DNA of 64,000 nucleotides, taken from assembly GCA_040005235.1 (NCBI GenBank), contig JBDTZG010000004.1, positions 1-64,000 of the forward strand, read 5' to 3'. Made by a program: the position numbers and the translations under genes. The notes below the pieces were generated by a model. It searched no databases and was not told the DNA's origin. It saw only the letters and a program-made list of their open reading frames with translations. Every line of letters begins with the position of its first letter. Positions within the stretch are counted from its first letter, which is position 1. This document shows positions 1-9,408 of this stretch, piece by piece. This DNA comes from Acidobacteriota bacterium. Lineage in GTDB: Bacteria; Acidobacteriota; Thermoanaerobaculia; Multivoradales; UBA5704.

Positions 1-87
1 CAGGCTCAGTGGACCTGAACCTCAGGAAAACGGCCCTTCTGCCACGGGCTGCTAGAGAGGTGAGAGCCTTCAGTCCTGGCGCCGCCG

Positions 88-265
88 CTCGGCGAATGGC
101 GACCGGGATCGAGCCTCTGGGCGCCGCCGCGATCCTCCGCCAGCATCCGTTCACCGAGCCGGTCAAGACCAAGAGGTCCCCCGCGCCGTGGGTCCACGCC
201 GCAAGCAAGAGGGTCCGAACCGAGGTCAAGATCGCCTGTCCTGGTGGCTGCGGTTCCGCGTTTCG
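88..265 (+). pseudogene. C-terminal fragment of HUH/Y1 transposase plus start of its 3' end region
   Basis: Encodes ATGIEPLGAAAILRQHPFTEPVKTKRSPAPWVHAASKRVRTEVKIA, matching the C-terminus of 3449..4396. Followed by CCTGTCCTGGTGGCTGCGGTTCC, similar to 4443-4466. Confidence 0.85.
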
Positions 266-285
266 ACGCTACGGTCCGACGCTTG

Positions 286-564
286 TCAGACCAACTCGAT
301 CTGAAGTTTCCGCCCAACCAGTGCCGCCGCCCGCTGCAGCGTGGAAAGCGTGACATCGCGTGTGGGGTCCAAAAGTCTGTCGACTTGCGATCGGCTGGTT
401 CCAAGCAGCGTGGCAAGGCGAGACTTGCTAAGTGACCGTGCCTGCATTGCGTCAGTCAGCTGCCACACGACAACTTCTTTGATGGCGAGGGCTTGATTTT
501 CCTCGAACGTCCCTTCCTCTCTGAGGAAGTCGTCAAGGGTGCTGCCGTGATGTCGCTTGCTCAT
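286..564 (-). CDS. XRE/HTH antitoxin (HigA-like), orphan
   Basis: HGSTLDDFLREEG ... TSRSQVDRLLDP ... VTLSTLQRAA is typical of HTH antitoxins paired with Gp49/RelE toxins. Confidence 0.8.
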   Translation of the reverse strand: MSKRHHGSTLDDFLREEGTFEENQALAIKEVVVWQLTDAMQARSLSKSRLATLLGTSRSQVDRLLDPTRDVTLSTLQRAAALVGRKLQIELV

Positions 565-614
565 GATTTCAACTCCTTCAGGCGCTTCCGCGCAATAGCG
601 AGATCATTGCTCAG
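561..614 (-). pseudogene. C-terminal tail of a RelE/Gp49-like toxin
   Basis: Reads LSNDLAIARKRLKELKS-stop and overlaps the antitoxin ATG (ATGA). The rest of the gene is absent. Confidence 0.55.
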
Positions 615-740
615 TCATGGCTCACCACGAATCACGTGTACCACGAAAGGTACATCGCCGGCAAGGCCATCGGAGGGCGGGGAAGCAAGCCTGGCGCTGG
701 TCGCGCCCTTTCCGGGGCACCTATTCCCGCTCCACTCAGT

Positions 741-1061
741 TTATGCAGCAGCGGCGGTCACGCGGAGTTTGACCTGGGTCTTCTTCTGAAGCGCGCTAAT
801 GATCGAGAAGAAGTTCTCGGTGCTCGGGTTTCCGTTCGGCCCCAGCATCCGGTGCAAGCTCTTGCTTGGGGTGGCGATTTCGGCCGCAAGGCCTTCGAAA
901 CCGATGGTTGCATTGACGAGGTCGCGCAATACCGCCCTTCCCTCCGCAGTCTGGCCGGCAAGGAATGCGTTGATCGCCTCGCTGAAAAGGGCTTCGCGGA
1001 AGCGGGGGTCGCTGCCAGCGCGAGCCACGATGGTTTCCTTGAAATCCCGTGTCAGTGCCAT
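741..1061 (-). CDS. Addiction-module antidote / HTH antitoxin
   Basis: MALTRDFKETIVAR ... KSLHRMLGPNGNP; lies directly downstream of the killer gene. Confidence 0.8.
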   Translation of the reverse strand: MALTRDFKETIVARAGSDPRFREALFSEAINAFLAGQTAEGRAVLRDLVNATIGFEGLAAEIATPSKSLHRMLGPNGNPSTENFFSIISALQKKTQVKLRVTAAAA

Positions 1062-1085
1062 GTCAAACTCCTCGCTGTTAGAACC

Positions 1086-1418
1086 TTAGGGCCGTTTCTT
1101 GCGCCGTTTATAATCTGCCCAGCGGCCTTGCGCTATCGCAATCGCGTCCTGCTGCCGTTGCTTGCTGCTTCCCCCGAGCAAGATCACGAAGCGATTCCCG
1201 TCCTTCCCAAAGTAGATGCGATAGCCCGGTCCAAAATCGACCTTTCGCTCGAAGACTCCGGAACCGACCCCTTTGACGTTCGAGAAGTTGCCGGCTTCCA
1301 ATCGGTAGAGAGCCATGGCTACCTTCGCCGCCGCTTCGGCGCTCAAGTTGCCGAACCATGCTGCATGAGGTGAGGAGCCTCGCTCATCAAGGTACTCAAA
1401 AAGCTCAATCGGCAGCAT
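1086..1418 (-). CDS. RelE/ParE-family addiction-module killer toxin
   Basis: RLEAGNFSNVKGVGSGVFERKVDFGPGYRIYFGKDG ... ILLGGSSK; ATG at 1418. Confidence 0.85.
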   Translation of the reverse strand: MLPIELFEYLDERGSSPHAAWFGNLSAEAAAKVAMALYRLEAGNFSNVKGVGSGVFERKVDFGPGYRIYFGKDGNRFVILLGGSSKQRQQDAIAIAQGRWADYKRRKKRP

Positions 1419-1467
1419 GAGGTATGGTAACACAAGAGTTACCCAAGATCGGTCCCTCCTTAAACTT

Positions 1468-1552
1468 GGCCGAGCCCTCTGCTCAACGAAGTGATTGTTG
1501 GCGCCCTCGGCCCATGCACAGCGCCTCAATCCGCTCGAAATCTGCGCGCTCT
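1468..1552 (+). pseudogene. N-terminal fragment of HUH/Y1 transposase
   Basis: CTGCTCAACGAAGTGATTGTTGGCGCCCTCGG...CCGCTCGAAATCTGCGCGCTC resembles 3545-3616 and 9505-9575, with indels. Confidence 0.7.
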
Positions 1553-1830
1553 CCCGATTCCCGAAGGAGGCCGGCGGTCGTCCTGTCCCCTGTCGCCCCA
1601 CGAGGATCGGGCTTGTCCTTTGGTTAGGCTGGCACCCAATCCAGGCAGCACCCAATCCAGGCACCCATTCCAGTCCCTTTCACCGAACCGAACTCGTTAC
1701 CGCCGACCTGGATCTCGGCGAGCGGGAGGCGATTGCGCTCGCTCATCTCCTTCGCGCCGATCGGATGCGGGAGAGGGAGCCGGTTATAATGGCTTGGCGA
1801 TCGGCTGTTGCCGATCCGGAGGCCTCTAAC

Positions 1831-2070
1831 ATGCCAAGCTCCGCGACCGTGACGTTTCAGCAGGTTCTGGAGATCGTCGAAGGACTGCCGGAAGACCAGC
1901 AAGGAGAGCTGATCGAGATCGTGCGCCATCGACAGAGAGAGCACCGCCGTGAGACCCTGGCGGCCGGAATCGAACAGGCCCGCGGTGAGTTCGCCCGCGG
2001 AGAAGCTCGGCGCGGCACGGTCGAGGATCTGATGTCGGATCTCGCCGAGAACACCGAGACCAACGAGTGA
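1831..2070 (+). CDS. Putative antitoxin
   Basis: GGAGG RBS; short acidic helical protein whose stop overlaps the toxin start (GTGA). Confidence 0.7.
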   Translation: MPSSATVTFQQVLEIVEGLPEDQQGELIEIVRHRQREHRRETLAAGIEQARGEFARGEARRGTVEDLMSDLAENTETNE

Positions 2071-2351
2071 GAGAGCTGGTCTGGAGCAACACTTTTCGCC
2101 GCGCCTTGCGGCGGACGCTCAAGCGCCAGCCACAGTCCCTCGCCGACATCCAAGCGGCGTTGCGCCTCCTGCAGGAAAATCTTTTCGCCCCCCAGCTCTC
2201 CACCCACAAGCTCAAAGGAAAACTGGCCGGCACCTGGGCCTGCACCGCCGGCTACGACCTCCGCATTCTGTTCGAGCTGGTTCCCAACCCGGAGCGAGTT
2301 GAGGAAGACCTGTTCCTGATCGAAATCGGCACCCACGACGAAGTCTATTGA
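2067..2351 (+). CDS. RelE/YafQ-family mRNA interferase toxin
   Basis: LSTHKLKGKLAGTWAC ... YDLRILF ... IEIGTHDEVY. Confidence 0.85.
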   Translation: MRELVWSNTFRRALRRTLKRQPQSLADIQAALRLLQENLFAPQLSTHKLKGKLAGTWACTAGYDLRILFELVPNPERVEEDLFLIEIGTHDEVY

Positions 2352-2559
2352 AGGCTCCACCAGCTCCGATCGAGACCTGACTACCGCCTAACTAAGACCA
2401 GCTGCAGCTTGCGCTGCCGGCTGCCATTTTCGACCGAGAGCGGTCGTGCTGACCCCTTTCGTCGCTCGAGGATCGGTCCCGTCCTCGGGTTAGGCTGGCA
2501 CCTATTCGGGTTGATCGTTATGACTGCCGAAGTCCCAAAGTCTCGCCGACCGTCACGCG

Positions 2560-3143
2560 GAAGCCACGCGAGCGTTCCCGCGAAGCCACGTAGCATGGGG
2601 GTACGAAGCCACGCCAAACGGGGCTGAAGCAACGCGAACGGACCAAAATCGGCCGCTGGGGCCGGCGAAGCCACCGAGAAATTCGGCGAAGCCACCGAGA
2701 AATTCACTGAAGCCACACATTTAAGGGACGAAGCAACGCTCGGAGCCGGTGAAGCCACGCACATCGCTGGTGAAGCCACTCATCGAATGGCAAAAATTAC
2801 CGAGCCGTCCGCCGGAGTCACCGAGGAATGTGCCAAAATGGCCGGAAAATTCGGTCGATCCACCGATGTGGCGGGTCGACGGCGGGACTTCAGTGAATTT
2901 CTGCGTGGCTTCAGGGGTTTTCTCAGTGGCTTCAGTGAATTTCTCGGTGGCTTCAGCGAATTTCTCAGTGGCTTCAGTGATTTCCTCAGTGGCTTAGGCG
3001 TTCCGCTCTGTGGCTTCACGCCTCGCCGCGGTGAAACCAGCGTTCCGTTGTGTGGCTTCACCGTTCGGCGCGGTGGCTTCACCGTTCTGCCGGGCCGCTT
3101 GAATGATCGGCGCGGCGGCTTCAGCGAATTTCTCTGTGGCTTC
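2560..3143. repeat. Inverted array of 21-bp-period repeats (GAAGCCAC left arm, GTGGCTTC right arm)
   Basis: Left cores at 2560, 2582, 2605, 2626, 2667, 2688, 2709, 2730, 2751, 2772. Reverse-complement cores every 21 nt from 2884 to 3136, some degenerate. Confidence 0.9.
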
Positions 3144-3448
3144 CGGCCGCAACCGAACGACCTTGGCGCCACGACCACTGGTTCGGAGGTTTCGCCGCCC
3201 GCCGGCCTGCAGCGCGGCTCCCCCGTAAAAGATCTCGCGTCTGTCAGGATCTTTTGACACTTAGGTAAGCCCTGCACAATCAGTGCTTTCCACCCGATTG
3301 AATCAGATTTCCCTGGTTACCCCGCAAGATCTTTTGCGGGGTCGGGTCGCTGCCGGGAACTTGATCGCTCGGCGAAAGCCATGCGTTTTCTGTCGTTTCA
3401 CTCGACGCGCCTCGCCTGGCAGGGATTTTGAGATGCCCGGCTGCCGAA

Positions 3449-4396
3449 ATGGCCCGGAAGATCCGATTCACGCCCGAAGGGGGAGCCCTCTACGAGGTGA
3501 CCTGTCGCACGGTCCACAGCCGATTCCTTCTGCGGCCGGGGCCACTGCTCAACGAGATCATCGTTGGCGCGCTCGGCCGAGCGCAGCGCCTCTATCCGCT
3601 GGAGATCTGCGCGCTCATCTTCGCCTCGAATCACTTTCACCTTCTCGCCCGGGCGGAGGACAGCGAGCGCCTGGCCCGCTTCATGGGCTATTTCAACTCG
3701 AAGCTCGCCCGCGAGGTCGCCCGATCGACCGGCTGGCGGGACAAGGTCTTTTCTCGCCGCTACCAGGCGATTCTCGTGAGCGACGAGGAGGAAGCTCAGG
3801 TTGGGCGCCTGGTGTACATCCTCTTGCATGGCTGCAAGGAGAATCTGGTCGCCCGGCCCCAAGACTGGCCGGGGGTTCACTGTGTAACCGCGCTTCTCAC
3901 CGGCCAGCCGATCGAGGGGACCTGGTTCGATCGCACACGGGAATGGGAGGCGCGCTTGTGCGGTCAGGAATTCGGCGCTCGCCAGTTCGCGGAGACCGAA
4001 ACCGTAAGCCTCGCGCCCTTGCCCTGTTTGGCGCATCTCTCGCCCGAGCAGTACCGCGAGCGGATCGCCGAGTTGATCAACACGATCATCGAACAAGCCG
4101 CAGCTCGTCGAGCGGCGACGGGAATCGAGCCTCTGGGCGCCGCCGCGATCCTGCGCCAGCATCCGTTTACCCAGCCGGCCAAGACCAAGAAGTCGCCCGC
4201 GCCGCTCGTCCACGCCGCCAGCAAACGGGTCCGGACGGAGATCAAGAACGCCTACGCCTGGTTCGCCCGGGCTTTCCTAGAGGCGGCGGATTTTCTGCGG
4301 GCCGGAGATCGGCTGGCTCGGTTCCCCGGGGGGAGCTTCCCGCGCGGATTGCCGTTTGTTCGAGCGAGGCGGTTGGCGATCAGCCCAGCGGCGTAG
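3449..4396 (+). mobile_element. Intact HUH/Y1 (IS200-like, RAYT-like) transposase, 315 aa
   Basis: YEVTCRT near the N-terminus, HUH motif SNHFHLL, WRDKVFSRRY, and candidate catalytic Tyr in VYILLHGCKENLV. Confidence 0.85.
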
Positions 4397-4429
4397 GCAG
4401 GACCAGCCGCTTAAAGCCAAAAGGCTTCG

Positions 4430-4660
4430 GATAGCTACGACCGGCTGCCCAGGTGGCTGCGGTTCCACGTTCCGACACCTGGTTCGACCCTCCCGAAGGC
4501 CCTACGAGCTCCGATCTCGACCTGATTTCCACCCAAGACAGGCTGCAGCTCGCGCTGCCGGCCGCCGTTCTCGGCCGGGAGCGGTCGTTCTGACCCCTTT
4601 CGCCGCACGAGGATCGGTCTTGTCCTCGGGTTAGAGTGGCACCTATTCCCGGCACCTATT
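4430..4660 (+). repeat. Conserved 3' end region of the Y1 element ending in hairpin plus GGTTAGAGTGGCACCTATTC
   Basis: Recurs at about 2370-2507, 6251-6482, 8010-8200 and in part 1600-1670. Hairpin CGAGGA-N9-TCCTCG. Confidence 0.85.
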
Positions 4661-4669
4661 TCCGGTGGC

Positions 4670-4945
4670 TCCAAGACTGGCCAGGGGTTCACTGTGTCAC
4701 TGCGCTTCTCACCGGCCAGCAGATCGAGGGGACCTAGTTCGATCGCACACGGGAATGGGTGGCACGGTTACGGGGTAGGGAGGTCGGCGCTCAGTTCGCG
4801 GAAACCGAAGTCGTGAATGTCGCGCCCCTGCCCTGCAGGCAGGATCTTGCGGCAGAGCAATACCGCGATCGGATCGCGGAGTGGTCGTGGCGATCATCGC
4901 CAAGGCTGCCACTCGGCGAGCGGCGATGGGGATCGAGCCTCGGGG
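4670..4945 (+). pseudogene. Internal fragment of the Y1 transposase
   Basis: Similar to the intact gene from about 3860 to 4140, with a stop and deletions; begins right after the end motif. Confidence 0.8.
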
Positions 4946-5000
4946 CGCAAGACTCGCCAGTCCAGGTTGTTGTGATCTAGGATGAAATCGGAGGGACACA

Positions 5001-5276
5001 ATGGTCGTTACGATCAGCCTGCCAGAAGACATCTCTGAATCCCTCGCAGGGCATTGGGGAAACGTGTCTCGCCACGCCCTTGAAGCTATTGCCGTGGAGG
5101 GCTACCGAACGGGCGCTCTGACCGAGACGCAGGTGAGGCGTCTCCTCTGCCTAGAAACGCGGTTCGAGGTCCATGCGCTGTTCAAGGAGCACAGAGTGCC
5201 CCTCCTCTACACGAAAGCCGATCTGGAAGTAGACATCGCCGCCCACCGGGATCTCGGCCTCCTGGCCGGCCGATGA
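5001..5276 (+). CDS. UPF0175-family antitoxin
   Basis: ALEAIAVEGYRTGALT ... RFEVHALFKEH; overlaps the DUF3368 gene (ATGA). Confidence 0.8.
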   Translation: MVVTISLPEDISESLAGHWGNVSRHALEAIAVEGYRTGALTETQVRRLLCLETRFEVHALFKEHRVPLLYTKADLEVDIAAHRDLGLLAGR

Positions 5277-5761
5277 TCGTCATTGCAGACAGCGGGCCGC
5301 TCCACTACCTCATTCTTCTGGACAAGACAGAGCTTCTGCACCGTGTCTACGGGCAGGTCATTGCCCCAGAGGCAGTCCTCAGAGAGTTGACCGTGGCGAG
5401 TGCGCCCCAGCCGGTGAAGGACTGGCTCTCCCTACCTCCTTCCTGGCTGCAGGTCCAAGCGGTGCCTTTCGCTGAAACCGAGCTCGTTACCGCCGACCTG
5501 GATCTCGGTGAACGGGAGGCGATTGCACTTGCTCATCTCCTTCGCGCCGATCTGCTCCTGATCGATGAAGCCGCAGGGCGAGCCGAGGCGCGTCGTCGAA
5601 GCCTGCGAGTGACGGGTACGTTGGGTATCCTTCGGATCGCAGCCGAAAAGGGATGGATCGATCTACCGGAAGTTCTCACTCGCCTGCGCTGTACGAGCTT
5701 CTATGTGAACGAGGACCTGCTCAGGTCGATCTTCGGTCAGTGGCTGGGAGAAGTTGAATAA
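5273..5761 (+). CDS. DUF3368 PIN-domain toxin
   Basis: MIVIADSGPLHYL ... LDLGEREAIALA ... LLIDE ... GTLGIL. Confidence 0.85.
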   Translation: MIVIADSGPLHYLILLDKTELLHRVYGQVIAPEAVLRELTVASAPQPVKDWLSLPPSWLQVQAVPFAETELVTADLDLGEREAIALAHLLRADLLLIDEAAGRAEARRRSLRVTGTLGILRIAAEKGWIDLPEVLTRLRCTSFYVNEDLLRSIFGQWLGEVE

Positions 5762-5774
5762 CCGAGCTCAGATA

Positions 5775-6484
5775 GGTGGCGCGGCCAAGAATTCGGCGCT
5801 CGACAGTTCGCGGAAAGCGAAACCGTAAGCCTCGCGGTCTTGCCCTGTTTGGCGCACCTCTCGCCCGAGCAGTACCGCGAGCGGATTGGCGAGTTGATCA
5901 ACACGATCATCGAACAAGCCGCAGCTCGTCGAGCGGCGACGGGAATCGAGCCTCTGGGCGCCGCCGCGATCCTGCGCCAGCATCCGTTTACCCAGCCGGC
6001 CAAGACCAAGAAGTCGCCCGCGCCGCTCGTCCACGCCGCCAGCAAACGGGTCCGGACGGAGATCAAGAACGCCTACGCCTGGTTCGCCCGGGCTTTCCTA
6101 GAGGCGGCGGATTTTCTGCGGGCCGGAGATCGGCTGGCTCGGTTCCCCGGGGGGAGCTTCCCGCGCGGATTGCCGTTTGTTCGAGCGAGGCGGTTGGCGA
6201 TCAGCCCAGCGGCGTAGGCAGGACCAGCCGCTTAAAGCCAAAAGGCTTCGGATAGCTACGACCGCCTGCCCTGGTGGCTGCGGTTCCACGTTCCGACACC
6301 TGGTTCGACCCTCCCGAAGGCCCCACGAGCTCCGATCTCGACCTGATTTCCACCCAAGACCGGCTGCAGTTCGCGCTGCCGGCCGCCGTTCTCGGCCGGG
6401 AGCGGTCGTTCTGAGCCCTTTCGCCGCACGAGGATCGGTCTTGTCCTCGGGTTAGGCTGGCACCTATTCCGGGCACCTATTCCG
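5775..6484 (+). pseudogene. 3' half of the Y1 transposase plus end region, near-identical to about 3965-4660
   Basis: Direct repeat at offset 1821, identical over most of its length. Confidence 0.9.
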
Positions 6485-6612
6485 GCAGATCGATCTCCCT
6501 GAAGTCCTCGCTCGCTTGCGCCGTACGAGCTTCTATGTGAGCGAGGACCTGATCCGGTCGATCTTCGGTCGGTGGCTGGGGGAAGTTGAATGATCGGCCG
6601 ATAGAAATTGAT

Positions 6613-6921
6613 AGCCGCGATCCTCCGGCAGCAACCGTTCACCCAACCGGCCAAGACCAAGAGGTCCCCCGCGCCGTGGGTCCACGCCGCCAGCAAGAGG
6701 GTCCGAACCGAGGTCAAGATCGCCTACGCCTGGTTCGCCAGGGCTTTTCGAGAAGCGGCGGAGAATGCGGGCCGGCGATCGACTGGCTCGGTTTCCCCGG
6801 GGTTGCTTTCCTCCCGGTCTGCCGTTTGTCCGAGCGGATCGGTTGGCGATCGGGCCCGATCTATTGCGGCGCCGAGCGCCGAAGGCTGGGCGGGGTCGGG
6901 CCGCAGGTTAAGGTGGCACCT
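6613..6921 (+). pseudogene. Y1 transposase C-terminal fragment and end motif
   Basis: AAILRQQPFTQPAKTKRSPAPWVHAAS, frameshifted; GGTTAAGGTGGCACCT at 6906-6921. Confidence 0.8.
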
Positions 6922-6952
6922 GTCTGGCGCGCCTCAAGCGGCGTCCCGCGCC

Positions 6953-7144
6953 TCAAGCGGCGTCCCGAGAATTGCTTTCGCTAGCTTCACCATGGCCTTC
7001 TGGCCCATAGATCAGCCGTCCCTTAAACTGTGCCTGCAACTCCTCGTAGTGGGCAATCAACCGAGCCGGATCGTTACCGAACTCCCGCGAAATCTCGCTA
7101 CGGATCTTTCGGACCGCGGCGAGAGCCGGATCATCCTTGGTCAT
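6953..7144 (-). CDS. Small putative antitoxin downstream of the PIN toxin
   Basis: MTKDDPALAAVRKIRSEISREFGND; overlaps the 3' end of the toxin gene. Confidence 0.65.
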   Translation of the reverse strand: MTKDDPALAAVRKIRSEISREFGNDPARLIAHYEELQAQFKGRLIYGPEGHGEASESNSRDAA

Positions 7145-7616
7145 CGCTGCCTCCAAGCATTTCAAGCGGAGTGACGAGAGAGGGACTCAAGAGTCCGAGA
7201 AGGCTATTAACACGTCGGATATGTCCGAACTTGTTGGCGTTCGCCAGGTGCTTGCAGTTCCACGTCACGAGAAAGTCACAGCGGTGGTAGGAAGCGAGAG
7301 CCAGGTGCAGCGCGTCCCCCGCAGGATCCGCGGGCATAACTTGGTGGCGAATGTACCCCGCAACGATTTCGAGGACTGCCGGTTCGATAGCCAGAGCAGG
7401 AAGTTCTGCTACCAAATCAAGGCAGGCCTGCCGCGACGGAAAGTCCCCCCTCCCCAGTTCTTCGACGACGGCCAGGCTCGTAACCAACTCGACCGTGTCT
7501 GAGGCCCGGGCCCACCACTCGCGTGTCCACTCGCGACGCGCCACCATCTCAGCCTCCGGCCTCGTTTCGAAGTAGAAGCTGGGGATCGAAGTCTCCACGT
7601 ACGCGCGGCTTCTCAT
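7131..7616 (-). CDS. PIN-domain (VapC-like) toxin
   Basis: AYVETSIPS ... DALHLALAS ... DFLVTWNCKHLANA. Confidence 0.85.
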   Translation of the reverse strand: MRSRAYVETSIPSFYFETRPEAEMVARREWTREWWARASDTVELVTSLAVVEELGRGDFPSRQACLDLVAELPALAIEPAVLEIVAGYIRHQVMPADPAGDALHLALASYHRCDFLVTWNCKHLANANKFGHIRRVNSLLGLLSPSLVTPLEMLGGSDDQG

Positions 7617-7696
7617 GAGAGCCTCAGTCTACCGCGCGGCGGCGGAAGCTCAATCAGGGATAACGAGTAGAGTGTCTCCCGGCCTCTGATGTCGCC

Positions 7697-8205
7697 TCGG
7701 CGAGTGGTGACGGGAATCGAATCTCTGGGCGCCGCCGCGATCCTCCGGCAGCATCCGTTCACCCAGCCGGCGAAGACCAAGAAATCCCCCGCGCCGTGGG
7801 TCCACGCCGCCAGCAAAAGGGTCCGAACCGAGGTCAAGATCGCCTACGCCTGGTTCGCCAGGGCATTTCGAGAAGCGGCGGAGAATCTGCGGGCCGGCGA
7901 TCGGCTGGCTCGGTTTCCCCGGGGTTGGTTTCCTCCCGGTCTGCCGTTTGTTCGGTTGGCGATCAGGCCGGCCACCTAGACCAGGGCCAGCCGCCTATCC
8001 CAAATCTTCAAATCGCTACGACCGCCTGTCCTGGTGGCCCCGCAGGCTCCGAGAGCGGCATGATTTCGCCTAAGACCGGCCGTAGGTCGCCCTGCCGGAG
8101 TCAGTTTTCGTCCAGGAAGCGGTCGTCCTGTCTCGTCGTCGCACGAGGATCGGTCTCGTCCTCGGGTTAGGATGGCACCTATTCGGGCCACCTATTCGGC
8201 ACCTG
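7697..8205 (+). pseudogene. Y1 transposase C-terminal fragment plus end region
   Basis: TGIESLGAAAILRQHPF ... FPPGLPFV; GGTTAGGATGGCACCTATTC at 8165-8184 followed by tandem variants. Confidence 0.85.
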
Positions 8206-8328
8206 CTCCCGCGTGGCTCAGAGAACGGCGGGGGCGACCAGCAGGCAGCGCCTTTGATTTTGTGGCGCGTGTGATTAAACCTTAAGCGACGCCGATAACG
8301 AAGAAGGATAAGTGGAAATATTTAGCCA

Positions 8329-9111
8329 GTGAGAAACTTAGCGGCGCGAAGAAGAGCCTGGGTCAAGGCGGGGCAAAGAACGCGCCCGAGGAGGAATCTC
8401 GCTCTGCTCTATGGAGTTCTCTACCTAGCAACTATTCCTGTCTTTGCAGCGATCTACACTCGATTGCCACGAGGCTTTTACCATGCAACCGCTAGGCACG
8501 AGATCGGAGCAATGCAGGCGAGGGTTGAGGCCGGAGCGGACGTTCTAGGATGGTTGCAAGGTGTGGTGATGGATCAGAGGTTGTACGTTTCAGGAATAGG
8601 CGACCTCGGAACGAATCCCGAGCTTGTAGGGATGAATCTGAAGGCGTCGGTGCATTTTTTTGGCGGTGGTGAGGAAGGGAAGATAGCAGAGCGTAATGTC
8701 GATATAAGCATCGCCGAGCGTGGATTTGTCTTGGGCATGAAAGGTGGCAGGATAGGTGCAATATATGTAGTGAAAATTAATGCTGCTGGCAAGACAATCA
8801 ATGATTTGAGAGAGATTTTTAAGTGCAGAACGGGGGAAAGTGACTCGAGCATTTGCTGTGTCGAGATGCCAGTCGAGGTTGCTGAGTCTATCGAAACATT
8901 AGACCGAGTGGAGGCGGGTTTTCCCGCCGAAAGCGGAAGTTTCGAGCGGATGCTGTACTTGAGTGCTGTGATTGCAACTACTGTGGGATTCGGTGATATT
9001 GTGCCACTGACGGTTACCGCCAGAACCGCAGTGGGAATCGAGGCTGTTCTCGAGATCATCCTGATTGGGCTGTTTCTGAACGCGCTTGCGACGAAGGCAG
9101 GCGGGCCCTAG
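8329..9111 (+). CDS. Two-TM potassium-channel-family protein
   Basis: C-terminal pore motif YLSAVIATTVGFGDIVP plus a TM helix; visibly AT-richer than the core genes. Confidence 0.75.
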   Translation: MRNLAARRRAWVKAGQRTRPRRNLALLYGVLYLATIPVFAAIYTRLPRGFYHATARHEIGAMQARVEAGADVLGWLQGVVMDQRLYVSGIGDLGTNPELVGMNLKASVHFFGGGEEGKIAERNVDISIAERGFVLGMKGGRIGAIYVVKINAAGKTINDLREIFKCRTGESDSSICCVEMPVEVAESIETLDRVEAGFPAESGSFERMLYLSAVIATTVGFGDIVPLTVTARTAVGIEAVLEIILIGLFLNALATKAGGP

Positions 9112-9408
9112 CTAGCTCAGCTAGGGGGCCCGCCCCCGGAAGGTGCCATGCGATCCTAGAAGCTCGAATCAGAGACGCCGACTCGCCCCCCGCAAAAGAT
9201 CTGGCGGACCGTCAAGATCTTTTGCACCCCCTGCCGCGCAGAGAGGAATCGGCGGGGATTTCCTCGATCGTCGCCTCGGCTTTGGCCAGATCCCTTGCGC
9301 CTCGGACGGACACTCAGCTCCGGCGCGACGACTCTAAGTTGCTGCTTCTCATGCAGCTAGCCCCTAGTGGGCAGATTGGCACTGACCTTGAGTTGCTGGC
9401 AGACTGCC

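Noticed and set aside
2386-2495. Complete attC site GCCTAAC...GTTAGGC
   Set aside because: The other tail copies lack TAAC at this position (a CTAA duplication here), and the two arms do not pair.
2560-3143. CRISPR array
   Set aside because: The repeat core is only 8 nt, spacers are about 13 nt and related to each other, the arms are inverted, and no cas genes are present.
2381-3277. ORFs with heptad repeats (e.g. 2787..3257, 2780..3277)
   Set aside because: They are open in several frames on both strands because of the 21-nt repeat, with no RBS or family motif recognised.
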